A stretch of 64,000 nucleotides of DNA, taken from NCBI GenBank assembly GCA_963699155.1, contig OY969414.1, positions 939,757-1,003,756 on the forward strand, given 5' to 3'. Numbering within the stretch: position 1 is the first letter of the stretch; the number at the start of each line of letters is the position of its first letter. This DNA is from an uncultured Chlamydiales bacterium. Lineage in GTDB: Bacteria; Chlamydiota; Chlamydiia; Chlamydiales; JAAKFR01. The position numbers were made by a program, and so were the translations under genes. Under the pieces are notes generated by a model. It did no database searches. It worked only from the letters and a program-made list of their open reading frames with translations, and was not told the DNA's origin. This document shows positions 50,327 through 59,744 of the stretch, piece by piece.

Positions 50327-50770
50327 ATGGAATTCCCTCCGCAAAAATTCCGTGAGATTGTTTTTCAACTGCTTTTTTCCTTCGATATGGGAGGAGATCC
50401 TGAAGCGGAATTAATTCCTTTTCTCATGAGGGAGCTGCAGGTAGCGAAGAGACAGGTCAGTGCGGCTTATGTCAAAGCAAAGGCCGTGTGGGAAAAAAAG
50501 GAGGAGCTCGATCAGGCCATTACACGTCATTCACGAGACTATTCCTTGGAGCGGATTAAGACAGTTGAACGGAGTGTGCTCCGTCTTGCACTGTATGAAC
50601 TCTTGCTAGAAAAAGAGCTAAGTAGAAAAATTATCCTTTCTGAAGCGCACCGCTTAGCCCGCAAGTTCAGTGCTCTGGAAGGGGCTGCCTACGTAAACGC
50701 TGTACTCGATAGTTTGGAGACCATTCATGAATCCGCCCTTTGCCCACCAAATGGGAAAACGCCTCTCTAA
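50327..50770 (+). CDS. nusB: Transcription antitermination factor NusB
   Basis: KFREIVFQLLF, ERSVLRLALYEL, YVNAVLD. Confidence 0.9.
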   Translation: MEFPPQKFREIVFQLLFSFDMGGDPEAELIPFLMRELQVAKRQVSAAYVKAKAVWEKKEELDQAITRHSRDYSLERIKTVERSVLRLALYELLLEKELSRKIILSEAHRLARKFSALEGAAYVNAVLDSLETIHESALCPPNGKTPL

Positions 50771-51596
50771 CTACTCCACCTTTGGCATTGGGGGTCCAGC
50801 CCGCTATTTTGCTGAGGCCGTAACCATTCAAGCAATGCAAGAAATGCTCTCCTTTGCCCACCAAAAGAAGCTTCCTCTACTCATCATTGGAAAGGGGTCT
50901 AACTCTCTTTTCGATGATCGAGGTTTCAATGGCCTTGCCATCCTGAACAGGATCGACTACCTGAAAGATGAGGGTGAGGGCCTTTTTCGTGCAGGCGCCG
51001 GGTATAGTTTCGCCCGCTTGGGTGGTCTCACGGCCCGCCAAGGCTGGTCGGGCATGGAATTTGCCTCGGGCATCCCTGCAACGGTCGGTGGGGCTATTTA
51101 TATGAATGCAGGGGCGAATGGTAAAGAGACCTTCGACACCTTGGTGGAGGTGAAATATGTTACGGAAAATGGAGAATTGCAGTCTTTGAAGAGAGGGGAT
51201 CTCACCTTTAGTTATCGCACCTCCCTATTTCAGCAAAAAAAAGGGGCGATTGTCGAAGGCTGCTTTCAGCTCCATCCTTCAACAGTTGCTAAGCAATCTC
51301 AGAAAGAGATTCTCAATTATCGTTTGAAGACGCAGCCCTATGGAGAAAAGTCGGCCGGTTGCGCCTTCCGAAATCCCCAAGCAGCCCCCGCAGGAAAGTT
51401 GATCGAAGAGTGTGGCCTGAAAGGGTTATCGGTCGGAGGGGCTAAGGTCTCTACTCTTCACGCCAATTTTATTGTCAATTCCGGAGGTGCCACTGCCCAG
51501 GAGGTGCAGAAGTTGATGGAGCTGATTAAAGAGAAGGTCTATCGTGAAAAGGGGATTCTTCTAGAAGAAGAAATTAGGTGCCTTCCCTATGAATGA
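50727..51596 (+). CDS. murB: UDP-N-acetylenolpyruvoylglucosamine reductase
   Basis: TFGIGGPA, GKGSN, GIPATVGGAIYMNAG, SAGCAFRNP, HANFIVN. Confidence 0.95.
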   Translation: MNPPFAHQMGKRLSNYSTFGIGGPARYFAEAVTIQAMQEMLSFAHQKKLPLLIIGKGSNSLFDDRGFNGLAILNRIDYLKDEGEGLFRAGAGYSFARLGGLTARQGWSGMEFASGIPATVGGAIYMNAGANGKETFDTLVEVKYVTENGELQSLKRGDLTFSYRTSLFQQKKGAIVEGCFQLHPSTVAKQSQKEILNYRLKTQPYGEKSAGCAFRNPQAAPAGKLIEECGLKGLSVGGAKVSTLHANFIVNSGGATAQEVQKLMELIKEKVYREKGILLEEEIRCLPYE

Positions 51597-52413
51597 TTTT
51601 CGCGCCGATCTCCATTGCCACTCCCTCTTTTCCGATGGGACAGATAGTCCACAGGCATTGATTCAAAAAGCGATCGATATAGGCCTTTCAGGGCTGGCGA
51701 TCACCGATCATGATACCATCGCCGCTTATGGAGAAGCTCTAGCTGTGGCTGCAGAGCATCAATTTCCCCTTCTCAATGGCGTCGAATTCTCCGCTTCTTA
51801 TCGGTCTGAGCCTGTCCACATCTTAGGCTATTCCTTCGATCTCAAGAGCCAGGAAATCGCCTCCCTCTGCCTTCGCCATCAAGCGAGGCGCGAAGAGCGG
51901 AATCTGAGAATTCTTGCCAATCTGCAGCGTTTAGGTATTCCTATCGAGCTTTCTGAACTGGGACATCAAGGAAGTTGGGGCCGTCCTCACATTGCCTCTG
52001 TCTTAGTCCAAAAAGGGATTGTGAGCTCTATCCAAGAGGCATTTGATATTTATCTGGGTGAGGGTAAAGCAGCCTTCGATCCGGGTGAACAGGTGAGTGT
52101 CGAAGAGACGATACAGGTCATCCAGGCGGGTAATGGAAAGGCCATTTTGGCCCACCCTCATCTGTTGAAACGGAGCACGACTATCCGCGCACTCTTGAAA
52201 ATGCCCTTCGATGGTTTAGAGTGCTATTATGCAAAATTTACTCTAGGGCAAGAACAGAAATGGATCAATCTGGCCAAAGAGCGAGGCTTGTTGATCACCG
52301 GAGGATCCGATTACCATGGCTCGATCAAGCCCCACAGTGCCCTAGGAACCTCTTGGGTCCCCAAAGAGACATTTGAATTTTTATATTCCCTTTTCAAGAA
52401 AAATAATCTATAA
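51589..52413 (+). CDS. PHP-domain phosphoesterase/nuclease (TrpH/YciV-like)
   Basis: DLHCHS, ITDHD, GRPHIA, LAHP, GGSDYHG. Confidence 0.88.
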   Translation: MNDFRADLHCHSLFSDGTDSPQALIQKAIDIGLSGLAITDHDTIAAYGEALAVAAEHQFPLLNGVEFSASYRSEPVHILGYSFDLKSQEIASLCLRHQARREERNLRILANLQRLGIPIELSELGHQGSWGRPHIASVLVQKGIVSSIQEAFDIYLGEGKAAFDPGEQVSVEETIQVIQAGNGKAILAHPHLLKRSTTIRALLKMPFDGLECYYAKFTLGQEQKWINLAKERGLLITGGSDYHGSIKPHSALGTSWVPKETFEFLYSLFKKNNL

Positions 52414-52423
52414 TAGATCCCTT

Positions 52424-53323
52424 ATGGCATTACCGACTCCTTCCATACCTAGTTCTCTCATCCAAAGCTACCTTCCCGAGGCCGGCAGTAGCAGTTTCCC
52501 TCAGCCACTTGCCATCGCCTTGATCATTCTGGGGATTGCTTCGCTCTCTGTTGGTTTTGGCAGCTATTTAGGGTTTGGATTCAAACAGGGGTGGACTTCT
52601 ATCAATGCATTGACCATTGGTTTGGTGGGTGTGGCCTGTGGGATTGTCTTCCTGATCGCCGGAATCGTAGGGCTTGTGAAGCAGAGTGGAGCTGTTCGGA
52701 GAATAGCCGTTGCGCCCATTGTTCCAGAGTCGATTGTTCCAGAGTCCATTATTCCTGAGTCCGCTAAAGAATCGAGAAAAAAGCCTCTCATCGATGCCTC
52801 CTTCATTGCCTCTCATTATTGGTTCAATTATGACACTTTGATTTCTGATGAGATGGTCACGAAGGTGAATGTTGTCTCTGACTATCTCAATGCTAGAGGT
52901 TTTAAGCTTATAGGAATTCTTGCCGATGGCGACTGCTTTTTCTCAGCCTATTTAGAAAGTTTGAAAAAGACGTCAAAAACAATTCCGCTCCTTAAGATGG
53001 CGGACAATCCTATCCTCTTTTTGAGAGAACAAGTTTCTGCAATTGTAGGGAATAAGAACATTGATCGCTCACTTGAAATTCTACAAGAGAAAGAATGGGT
53101 GACGGCCAACCAAGAGGGAGATCTACTTGCTGCAGCTCTCAAAATTCCGATGCGGCTTGTCACTGTCAATTATTCAGAGGAGGGATCAGGCGTCAGTGAT
53201 ACTTTTGTCTCTGTAGTTGCCGGTGAAACTCAGGAAGAATGGGAAAACGGTACAGAGAGACCTGCAGAGTACATTTTCATCGTCGATTTAGGCGGCCATT
53301 TTCTCGCTGCAACTGGCCGTTGA
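52424..53323 (+). CDS. Membrane-anchored OTU-like cysteine protease (putative deubiquitinase effector)
   Basis: Bilobed TM segment; ILADGDCFFSAY...LREQV...W...LAAALKIPMRLV...GGHF. Confidence 0.7.
   Translation: MALPTPSIPSSLIQSYLPEAGSSSFPQPLAIALIILGIASLSVGFGSYLGFGFKQGWTSINALTIGLVGVACGIVFLIAGIVGLVKQSGAVRRIAVAPIVPESIVPESIIPESAKESRKKPLIDASFIASHYWFNYDTLISDEMVTKVNVVSDYLNARGFKLIGILADGDCFFSAYLESLKKTSKTIPLLKMADNPILFLREQVSAIVGNKNIDRSLEILQEKEWVTANQEGDLLAAALKIPMRLVTVNYSEEGSGVSDTFVSVVAGETQEEWENGTERPAEYIFIVDLGGHFLAATGR
52718..52762 (+). repeat. Three in-frame 15-bp tandem repeats encoding I(V/I)PES
   Basis: attgttccagagtcg attgttccagagtcc attattcctgagtcc. Confidence 0.85.
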
Positions 53324-53367
53324 CATGATCTCTCACTTTTACTAAAATGCTTGAAATTTTTTAATTT

Positions 53368-54129
53368 TTGACACAAGTGAGTCTCGATCCACGACATTAT
53401 TTAAAGTATTCCAAGGTCCAGATGAGTGTGGCTGCCGAGGTGATCGAGCAGATCCACTTGCGTGGTGATGAAAAAATTCTCGATGTCGGTTGTGGTGATG
53501 GAAAAATCACTGCACTCCTCCATGAGATGGCGCAAGAAGCGGTAGGGATCGATCTCTGCACCAACATGATCGCCTTTGCCTCAGAACTCTTTCCTCACCT
53601 GACCTTCGAGCAACACAATGCTGAGGAGATGGCCTTCGAAAACCGATTTGATGTCATTACCTGCTTGAGTGCTCTTCATTGGATGCGCAATCCTGTTAAG
53701 GCTTTAGTCCAGATGAAAAAAGCCCTCAAAAGGGGGGGTAGGGCCTATATTTTAACCTACCCTAAAGAATCGATCTACTGGCAGCCATCCCTCAGAACGC
53801 TGGCTGACCCCCGTTTTTCTCCTTACCAGGCCTCTGCTGCTCCGATCCATAGTGCAGCGCACTATCTTGAAATGGCAAAAATGGCTGGGTTTGAGATCCC
53901 ATTTCATGAGCTGAAAGAGCATTTTGCCTCCCACCAAGATATTGAAGAGGCGAAGGCCTATATCAGAGGGTGGCTTCCCAGCTTCATTCCCCTCCCAGAC
54001 CAGCTAATGGACCCTTTTATCCAGACAACTGTTCAGTATCAGCTGTCACAAGCAGTCGATCAAGGGGATGGTCAACTCCACCTGCCCTATACCAAACTAG
54101 TCATGGTTCTGCAAAGACCTCTTGTGTAA
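53368..54129 (+). CDS. Class I SAM-dependent methyltransferase (Tam-like)
   Basis: ILDVGCGDGKIT, FDVITCLSALHW, LKRGG. Confidence 0.85.
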   Translation: MTQVSLDPRHYLKYSKVQMSVAAEVIEQIHLRGDEKILDVGCGDGKITALLHEMAQEAVGIDLCTNMIAFASELFPHLTFEQHNAEEMAFENRFDVITCLSALHWMRNPVKALVQMKKALKRGGRAYILTYPKESIYWQPSLRTLADPRFSPYQASAAPIHSAAHYLEMAKMAGFEIPFHELKEHFASHQDIEEAKAYIRGWLPSFIPLPDQLMDPFIQTTVQYQLSQAVDQGDGQLHLPYTKLVMVLQRPLV

Positions 54130-54193
54130 TCTTCTATAGGTCTATTAACTTCTATTTTAAGTATTTGCGTTTTTGTGATAAAATATTCTTGTC

Positions 54194-55323
54194 ATGACGT
54201 TACATCCCCTTTTAGAAGACAGTTTGGAGATCAAATCGATGAAACTTGGCCTGGAAAGGATGGTCGAAGTGGATTCCCTTTTGGGCTCCCCCAGCAAGCA
54301 GTTTGCCTCTGTCCAGGTGGCTGGGACAAACGGAAAGGGGTCGGTCAGTACTAAAATTGCCAGAGCCCTTCAGGAGAGTGGAAAAAAGATCGGGCTCTAT
54401 ACCTCGCCCCACATCACCAGCTACCACGAGCGTATCCAGATCAATGGGAAGCCAATTCCCGATGAAACAGCGGACCGCTGGTTAAAGAAGATCGTCGAGA
54501 TTTCCCCGGTAAAACTTTCCTACTTCGAGCTGATGACCCTACTCTGTTTTTGCTACTTTGCAGAGGAAAAGGTCGATTTTGCGGTACTGGAAGTGGGGAT
54601 GGGGGGACGGTTAGATGCCACCAATATCGTGATTCCTGTTTTAGCCGTCATTACCTCGATAGACAAGGATCATATGGCCTATCTTGGGGAGAGTTTAGAG
54701 GCTATTGCCAGGGAAAAGGCAGGCATCATCAAGGCAGGGGTACCAACCCTCCTTGGCCCACATGTCAAGCCTATGGTGGTTTTTGAAGAGGCCGCTGAAG
54801 GAGTCAGGAGCCCCCTTTTTCAGGTCCAAGGCAAATTTTTGCACTATGAAGAGGAGAATCGCTCCATCGCCCGCAAGGCATTGGCTCTCCTGCCCTTTCC
54901 TCTCGAAAGGCGCTCGATTGCGATCGGTCTTGCCGCTGTTCCCCCTTGCCGTTTTGAAATAGTCAGTCAAAAACCGACCATCATTCTAGATGTTGCCCAC
55001 AATCCCGATGGCTTAAAGCGCACCTTTGAACGGCTTTCCTACGCCTTTCCCAACAGTAAAGTGCGGGTCTTAGCCGGTTTTTCGGCCGATAAAGAGATCA
55101 CAGAGGCCAAAAAGATCATCGAAAAAAATGCCATAGGCCTCCATCTCACCCATGTCGACCATATGCGTCTGGCGAAACTGGGTTCTGTCTTGGAAAAAGC
55201 CTTTGAAAATGCTTACAAGCAAGCCAAAGAGGGGGAGAAATTTTACTCGTCTGTGGCACCTTTTTCATCATGCACCGGGCCCGGCTTGCAGCCAAATCCA
55301 TGTTGGAGAGCTCGGACGATTAA
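54194..55323 (+). CDS. folC: Folylpolyglutamate/dihydrofolate synthase with a late 1-bp frameshift
   Basis: VAGTNGKGS, YTSPH, EVGMGGRLDATN, LDVAHNP; the C-terminal motif EILLVCGTFF is in another frame after ~55235. Confidence 0.88.
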
Positions 55324-55813
55324 CAGAGAATTTTTCCCACGAAAAAGAGAGATGGCTCAAAAAGTCTAGAATCGCCTGCTGCTCTCTCAAGCCTTCGGGG
55401 TGGCCTGGGTAACAGGTGATAGAAATCGCCCCATTTTCTGACAGATTTTCCAGCGCACTTTTCAGGCTGAGAAGGGTGATTTCTGACTGCGTCGTGAGCG
55501 ATTTAGCCCCTCCTGGCAGGTAGCCTAAATTATATACAAATAGTTTGACATTCGTTTCACTGAAGATCTGGTGAGATTGCTGTTTGAGGGTGATGATTTT
55601 TTTGAATGACTCGGGGAGCTGTTCCACCCTTTTTTGAGTTTGCAGTAGAGCCGCCGCTTGGATATCGTAGCCGGTCAATGATCCCTGACCCTGGAGGAGC
55701 CCGGCTAAAAAATAGGTGTCATGGCCATTCCCCACTGTGGCATCGACAACAAGATCTCCGGGCCGAATCCAGGAGCGCCACCTCTCATGAGCCTGAACCA
55801 AATGGGCTTTCAT
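55268..55813 (-). CDS. Putative RNA methyltransferase (YtqB-like)
   Basis: VDATVGNGHDT, YDIQ, YNLGYLPG, YPGHPEG. Confidence 0.85.
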   Translation of the reverse strand: MKAHLVQAHERWRSWIRPGDLVVDATVGNGHDTYFLAGLLQGQGSLTGYDIQAAALLQTQKRVEQLPESFKKIITLKQQSHQIFSETNVKLFVYNLGYLPGGAKSLTTQSEITLLSLKSALENLSENGAISITCYPGHPEGLREQQAILDFLSHLSFSWEKFSVNRPSSPTWIWLQAGPGA

Positions 55814-55934
55814 AGAGCACCACCCCTCATGAGTCTTCATTACCCCGCACCAAACACGCCTTCATAAACCAGAAAAAGAATACCTCTTTTCTCTTTGAAG
55901 AAATAGCGATCTTTGTTAAATTTTACTCCCGCCC

Positions 55935-56008
55935 GGGGTATTAGCTCAGTTGGTTAGAGCGCCACGTTGACATCGTGGAGGTCGGCTGTTCGAGTCAGCC
56001 ATATCCCA
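55935..56008 (+). tRNA. tRNA-Val (GAC)
   Basis: Acceptor GGGGTAT/ATATCCC; anticodon arm CCACG-TTGACAT-CGTGG; GTTCGAG T-loop; CCA not encoded. Confidence 0.95.
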
Positions 56009-56037
56009 GCTCTTGACCTAGCAAGGAGTCGTGTAGA

Positions 56038-56607
56038 TTGAATTTGCGAGTGAATAAACAGATACGTGCCCCAAAAGTGCGCGTGATTGGTCCCGAGGGG
56101 GACCAGGTTGGGATTCTTCTTTTGAGAGATGCTCTCCAGAAAGCACAGGAGATGAATCTCGACTTAGTAGAAATAGCGCCGAATGCTCAGCCTCCCGTTT
56201 GTAAAATTGTCGATTATGGCAAATTCCGCTACGACCAGACAAAGAGGGAGAAGGAGAGCAAAAAAGCACAGCATCAGGTCAGGGTGAAGGAGGTCAAGCT
56301 CAAGCCGAATATCGACGAGCATGACTTTCAAACCAAGTTGAAACAGGCCCGTCAATTTATTGAAAAGGGAAATAAGGTCAAGGTGACTTGCATGTTCCGC
56401 GGGCGAGAGATGGCCCATACCGCAATAGGGGAAAAAATGGTCCAAAATTTTTGTAAAGGCTTAGAAGATATTGCCCTGGTAGAAGCACCGCCGAAACTTT
56501 TAGGGCGCAACTTAATCGGAGTGCTCGCACCTGCCCCAGTGAAGGGAGCGAAAGCCAAACCAGCGCCGAAAAAGGAGAAAGCAGATGCCCAAGATGAAAA
56601 CCAATAA
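56038..56607 (+). CDS. infC: Translation initiation factor IF-3 (TTG start)
   Basis: [38 protein letters not shown]. Confidence 0.96.
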   Translation: MNLRVNKQIRAPKVRVIGPEGDQVGILLLRDALQKAQEMNLDLVEIAPNAQPPVCKIVDYGKFRYDQTKREKESKKAQHQVRVKEVKLKPNIDEHDFQTKLKQARQFIEKGNKVKVTCMFRGREMAHTAIGEKMVQNFCKGLEDIALVEAPPKLLGRNLIGVLAPAPVKGAKAKPAPKKEKADAQDENQ

Positions 56608-56782
56608 ATCGCACAGCTCCCGTTTCAAGGTGACAGGAACTGGCCAGTTAAAGCGTCGCCATCCCGGTCGCCGTCATAAATTGACCAAGAAAGCCTCAGT
56701 GAGAAAACGGAATTTAGCGAAACCTGCCCTTGTCGATGAGGGTCAATTGAAGATGTACAAGCGCAAGATGCAGGTCGGTTAA
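56585..56782 (+). CDS. rpmI: 50S ribosomal protein L35
   Basis: MPKMKTNK...RFKVTGTG. Confidence 0.95.
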   Translation: MPKMKTNKSHSSRFKVTGTGQLKRRHPGRRHKLTKKASVRKRNLAKPALVDEGQLKMYKRKMQVG

Positions 56783-56850
56783 ATTGACGCAGGCCCCCCT
56801 GCAAGCCCTCTTGAGCGTTTGAAGTAAAGTTAAGTAGAAGGAGAAAAATC

Positions 56851-57213
56851 ATGGTAAGAGCCACTAATGCACCGGCAACCCGCCGCCGCCATAAACGTCT
56901 TTTTAAAAAGACAAAAGGCTTTTTTGGCGACCGTAAAAATCATATTCGGCAGTCGACCAACGCTGTCATGAGCGCCATGTCGTTCAATTACCGCCACCGC
57001 AAACAGAAGAAGGGGGAATTTAGAGGCCTCTGGATCATGCGTGTGGGTGTAGCTGCAAAAATCAATGGGTTGTCCTACAGTAAATTTGTCTGTGGATTGA
57101 AAAGAGCGGGATGCGAACTGAATCGCAAAATGCTTTCTGAAATGGCGATCCACAATCCTGAAGGTTTCAAGTCTTTAGCCGAAATGGCAAAAAAGGCACT
57201 CGCTGCCAAATAG
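56851..57213 (+). CDS. rplT: 50S ribosomal protein L20
   Basis: MVRAT...KGFFG...FRGLWI...LNRKMLSEMA. Confidence 0.96.
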   Translation: MVRATNAPATRRRHKRLFKKTKGFFGDRKNHIRQSTNAVMSAMSFNYRHRKQKKGEFRGLWIMRVGVAAKINGLSYSKFVCGLKRAGCELNRKMLSEMAIHNPEGFKSLAEMAKKALAAK

Positions 57214-57214
57214 T

Positions 57215-58246
57215 ATGCAAGCCATCGAACAGCAGATTCATCGCATTGTAGAAGAATTGAAAGCGGATCTGCAGGCTTGCCCGAGTAGTAAAGAGCTTGA
57301 AGCTCTCAAGGTCAAATATTTAGGAAAAAAAGGGTCTGTGCAAAGTCTCATGCACACCCTCAAAGATTGCACCCCGGAAGAACGTCCCCATGTAGGGAAG
57401 CTGATCAATGACCTCAAGGAAGGTGTCACGGGGCAGATCGAATCTCATCTCCAAGAGCTCGAAAATCGAGAGCTGCAGCAGAGACTCGCCACAGAAAAAA
57501 TCGATATCACGCTTCCAGGTCGGCGCCGCTTTCTGGGTAAGCCACATGTCGCTTTAGCCCTTCTCGATGAAGCGATCGATGTGCTCGTCAGCATGGGCTT
57601 TTCTGTTCAATATGGCCCCGATATCGAGAGCGATTTCTACAATTTTGAGGCGCTCAACTTTGCCAAGGATCACCCTGCACGCGACATGCATGACACCTTT
57701 TACATCACTCCCGATATTCTCCTCAGAACCCATACATCCAATACTCAAGTCCGCGTGATGGAAAAAACCACCCCTCCCATCCGCGTCATTGCGCCCGGCA
57801 AATGTTACCGCAATGAAGATGTGTCGGCGCGCTCTCACGTCCTCTTCCATCAGATCGAAGGTCTTTACATCGACAAAAGGGTTACCTTTGCTGACCTTCT
57901 CAGCACCCTCGAAGAGCTCTTCTCCAAGCTGCTCAAGCAAGAGGAGATTAAAATGCGCTACCGGCCAAGCTATTTCCCCTTTGTTGAACCTGGCATGGAG
58001 GTCGATATCAGCTGCTTTGTCTGTAACGCTAAAGGATGTAGCGTCTGCAAGCAGAGCGGTTGGCTCGAAGTGTGTGGTGCTGGCATGGTCCATCCCGAAG
58101 TGCTCAAGTCGGGCGGCATCGATCCCGAAGTCTACTCTGGCTATGCCTGGGGAATGGGGATCGAGCGGCTCACCATGCTGCGTTACGGAATCGAAGATAT
58201 TCGACTTTTTCTGGAGGATAATCTCAAGTTTCTGCAACAATTCTGA
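57215..58246 (+). CDS. pheS: Phenylalanyl-tRNA synthetase alpha subunit
   Basis: HPARDMHDTF, LRTHTS, FHQIEG, YFPFVEP, GMGIER. Confidence 0.97.
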   Translation: MQAIEQQIHRIVEELKADLQACPSSKELEALKVKYLGKKGSVQSLMHTLKDCTPEERPHVGKLINDLKEGVTGQIESHLQELENRELQQRLATEKIDITLPGRRRFLGKPHVALALLDEAIDVLVSMGFSVQYGPDIESDFYNFEALNFAKDHPARDMHDTFYITPDILLRTHTSNTQVRVMEKTTPPIRVIAPGKCYRNEDVSARSHVLFHQIEGLYIDKRVTFADLLSTLEELFSKLLKQEEIKMRYRPSYFPFVEPGMEVDISCFVCNAKGCSVCKQSGWLEVCGAGMVHPEVLKSGGIDPEVYSGYAWGMGIERLTMLRYGIEDIRLFLEDNLKFLQQF

Positions 58247-58254
58247 ATCACTAG

Positions 58255-58341
58255 GGAAGAGTGGCAGAGTGGCCGAATGCGCCTGTCTTGAAAACAGGAG
58301 TCCCTTCGCGGGGACCGTGGGTTCGAATCCTACCTCTTCCG
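58255..58341 (+). tRNA. tRNA-Ser (TGA)
   Basis: Acceptor GGAAGAG/CTCTTCC; anticodon arm CCTGT-CTTGAAA-ACAGG; long variable arm; GTTCGAATC. Confidence 0.95.
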
Positions 58342-58346
58342 AAAAC

Positions 58347-58377
58347 AAAAGACCGGCAATCGCCGGTCTTTTTTTTT
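58347..58377 (+). terminator. Rho-independent terminator after tRNA-Ser
   Basis: AAAAGACCGGC-AATC-GCCGGTCTTTT followed by a T run. Confidence 0.85.
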
Positions 58378-58575
58378 CGGAAGAGAAGGAGCCGATCGGT
58401 CGGCTCCTGTGTAGGATTCGAAGGGTTTCGCGATGCCGCACGGCAGCGCGCCTAACGGCGCGGCCCCGCTCTGCCTGGGCTGGTTAAACCCTGAGGTAGT
58501 GAAAGTATTTATGTTTTCATATTGCGGGAGTAATGCCTCGCCACTCCTGCCTGCGAACGGGAACCCCGGCCCCGT

Positions 58576-58925
58576 AGAGAAACCCGCTTACGGGTTTCTC
58601 GAAGGGGGAATCCTATTGAAAAATCCCGCCATCCGTCGCCTTAGAGAGTATCTTTGCGGAACCAGGTGAGTTGAGTTTACTGGCGCCGTTGCATAATTGC
58701 CATGTTGCGCAAGCTACATGGCTTTTTTGCTTCGGCGCCCCCACCCGCGCCTGAGACCGAGGCTGCGCCAGCAGGCGAGGGTCTCAGCGGGGGAAAGAAA
58801 AGATAGAAACAAGGATATGAAAGAGCGCAAGCGGCATGATATATAGGATATCCCCCGAACTTCAGAGAGAAACCCGTTTACGAAGGGGGAATCCTATTGA
58901 AAAATCCCGCCATCCGTCGCCTTAG
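58576..58925. repeat. Direct repeat pair (58576-58644 and 58866-58925) with a 45-bp identical core
   Basis: CGAAGGGGGAATCCTATTGAAAAATCCCGCCATCCGTCGCCTTAG at 58600-58644 and 58881-58925, each preceded by AGAGAAACCCG(C/T)TTA. Confidence 0.9.
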
Positions 58926-58942
58926 TGGAGATAGCGTAGCCT

Positions 58943-59482
58943 TTAGCTCTCAGTATTGCCGAAGCACCAAACGATTTCGCCATCCTTTTTCAACGCTACA
59001 CTCAGAACTTTCGCACTAGCTTGGGGATGGTTGATCAACCCGATAAGCTCAGTAATTGTTGCATCAGTTTTTTTGAATTTGCTTTTTAGAGCTTCTGTGA
59101 TTTTTTTGTATAAATCTTCATGTTTGGCATGCTCTTTATTGCCGCCAATTAAATACAAACGAAGGAGATAACTTTTGGGATCTAGACAGTCAATGAAGTC
59201 ATTCATATTTTGGGGTGTGATATCATATGTCATATGATAACCCCCATACCAATCTACTCTCTGTTGGATGCGGAGCAAATGCACTGCAAATAAGACGATC
59301 CCATTGGTGACAGGTGCCACCAGACAATCCGATGAAGAATAATAAACAACTGCACGTTCCTGTATCACTTTTTTAATACCCTCAATTTTGCAAAATTCCC
59401 GTGGGGAGAGTTGTGTCGGGGGTGTTGGAGTATCTATGGTTTCTTGATGAGTGGTCGATTGGACTGGCCTAAGAGATGCCAT
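58943..59482 (-). CDS. Hypothetical protein
   Basis: ORF from MASLRP with a GGGAGA SD; Thr/Pro-rich N-terminus. Confidence 0.6.
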   Translation of the reverse strand: MASLRPVQSTTHQETIDTPTPPTQLSPREFCKIEGIKKVIQERAVVYYSSSDCLVAPVTNGIVLFAVHLLRIQQRVDWYGGYHMTYDITPQNMNDFIDCLDPKSYLLRLYLIGGNKEHAKHEDLYKKITEALKSKFKKTDATITELIGLINHPQASAKVLSVALKKDGEIVWCFGNTES

Positions 59483-59674
59483 TTTCTTCTCCCTATTTAT
59501 CGGTTTGTAAAAAAATAAACCTAAAATCCTAACAAAGCAAAAATTTTTTTTCAACACTCCACCCACCTTTCCCAGATTTTTTTGTACAAGGAGCGCTAAT
59601 CCCTCTTCGAGTTTGTGTGTATCTTGGGGCTAAACCTTAGTAATTTGTATAGCAGAGGAATTTTGAGCTTGGGA

Positions 59675-59740
59675 AGTTATATCTAGTTATATATAGTTAT
59701 TCATGATTTCAGATATAACTGTATATAACTTGGTATAAGT
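59675..59740. promoter_or_regulatory. Operator-like array of 10-bp repeats in inverted arrangement
   Basis: AGTTATATCT AGTTATATAT AGTTAT ... AGATATAACT GTATATAACT just before the ATPase start. Confidence 0.6.
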
Positions 59741-59744
59741 TCTC

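Noticed and set aside
57554..58487. Long alternative ORFs across pheS and tRNA-Ser
   Set aside because: Shadow frames overlapping a confident gene and a tRNA
58576..58925. Direct repeats as a CRISPR array
   Set aside because: Only two copies, a spacer over 200 bp and no cas genes
58943..59482. CheD/deamidase-like fold suggested by His and LIGGN motifs
   Set aside because: No convincing catalytic Cys in the expected position; too weak to call
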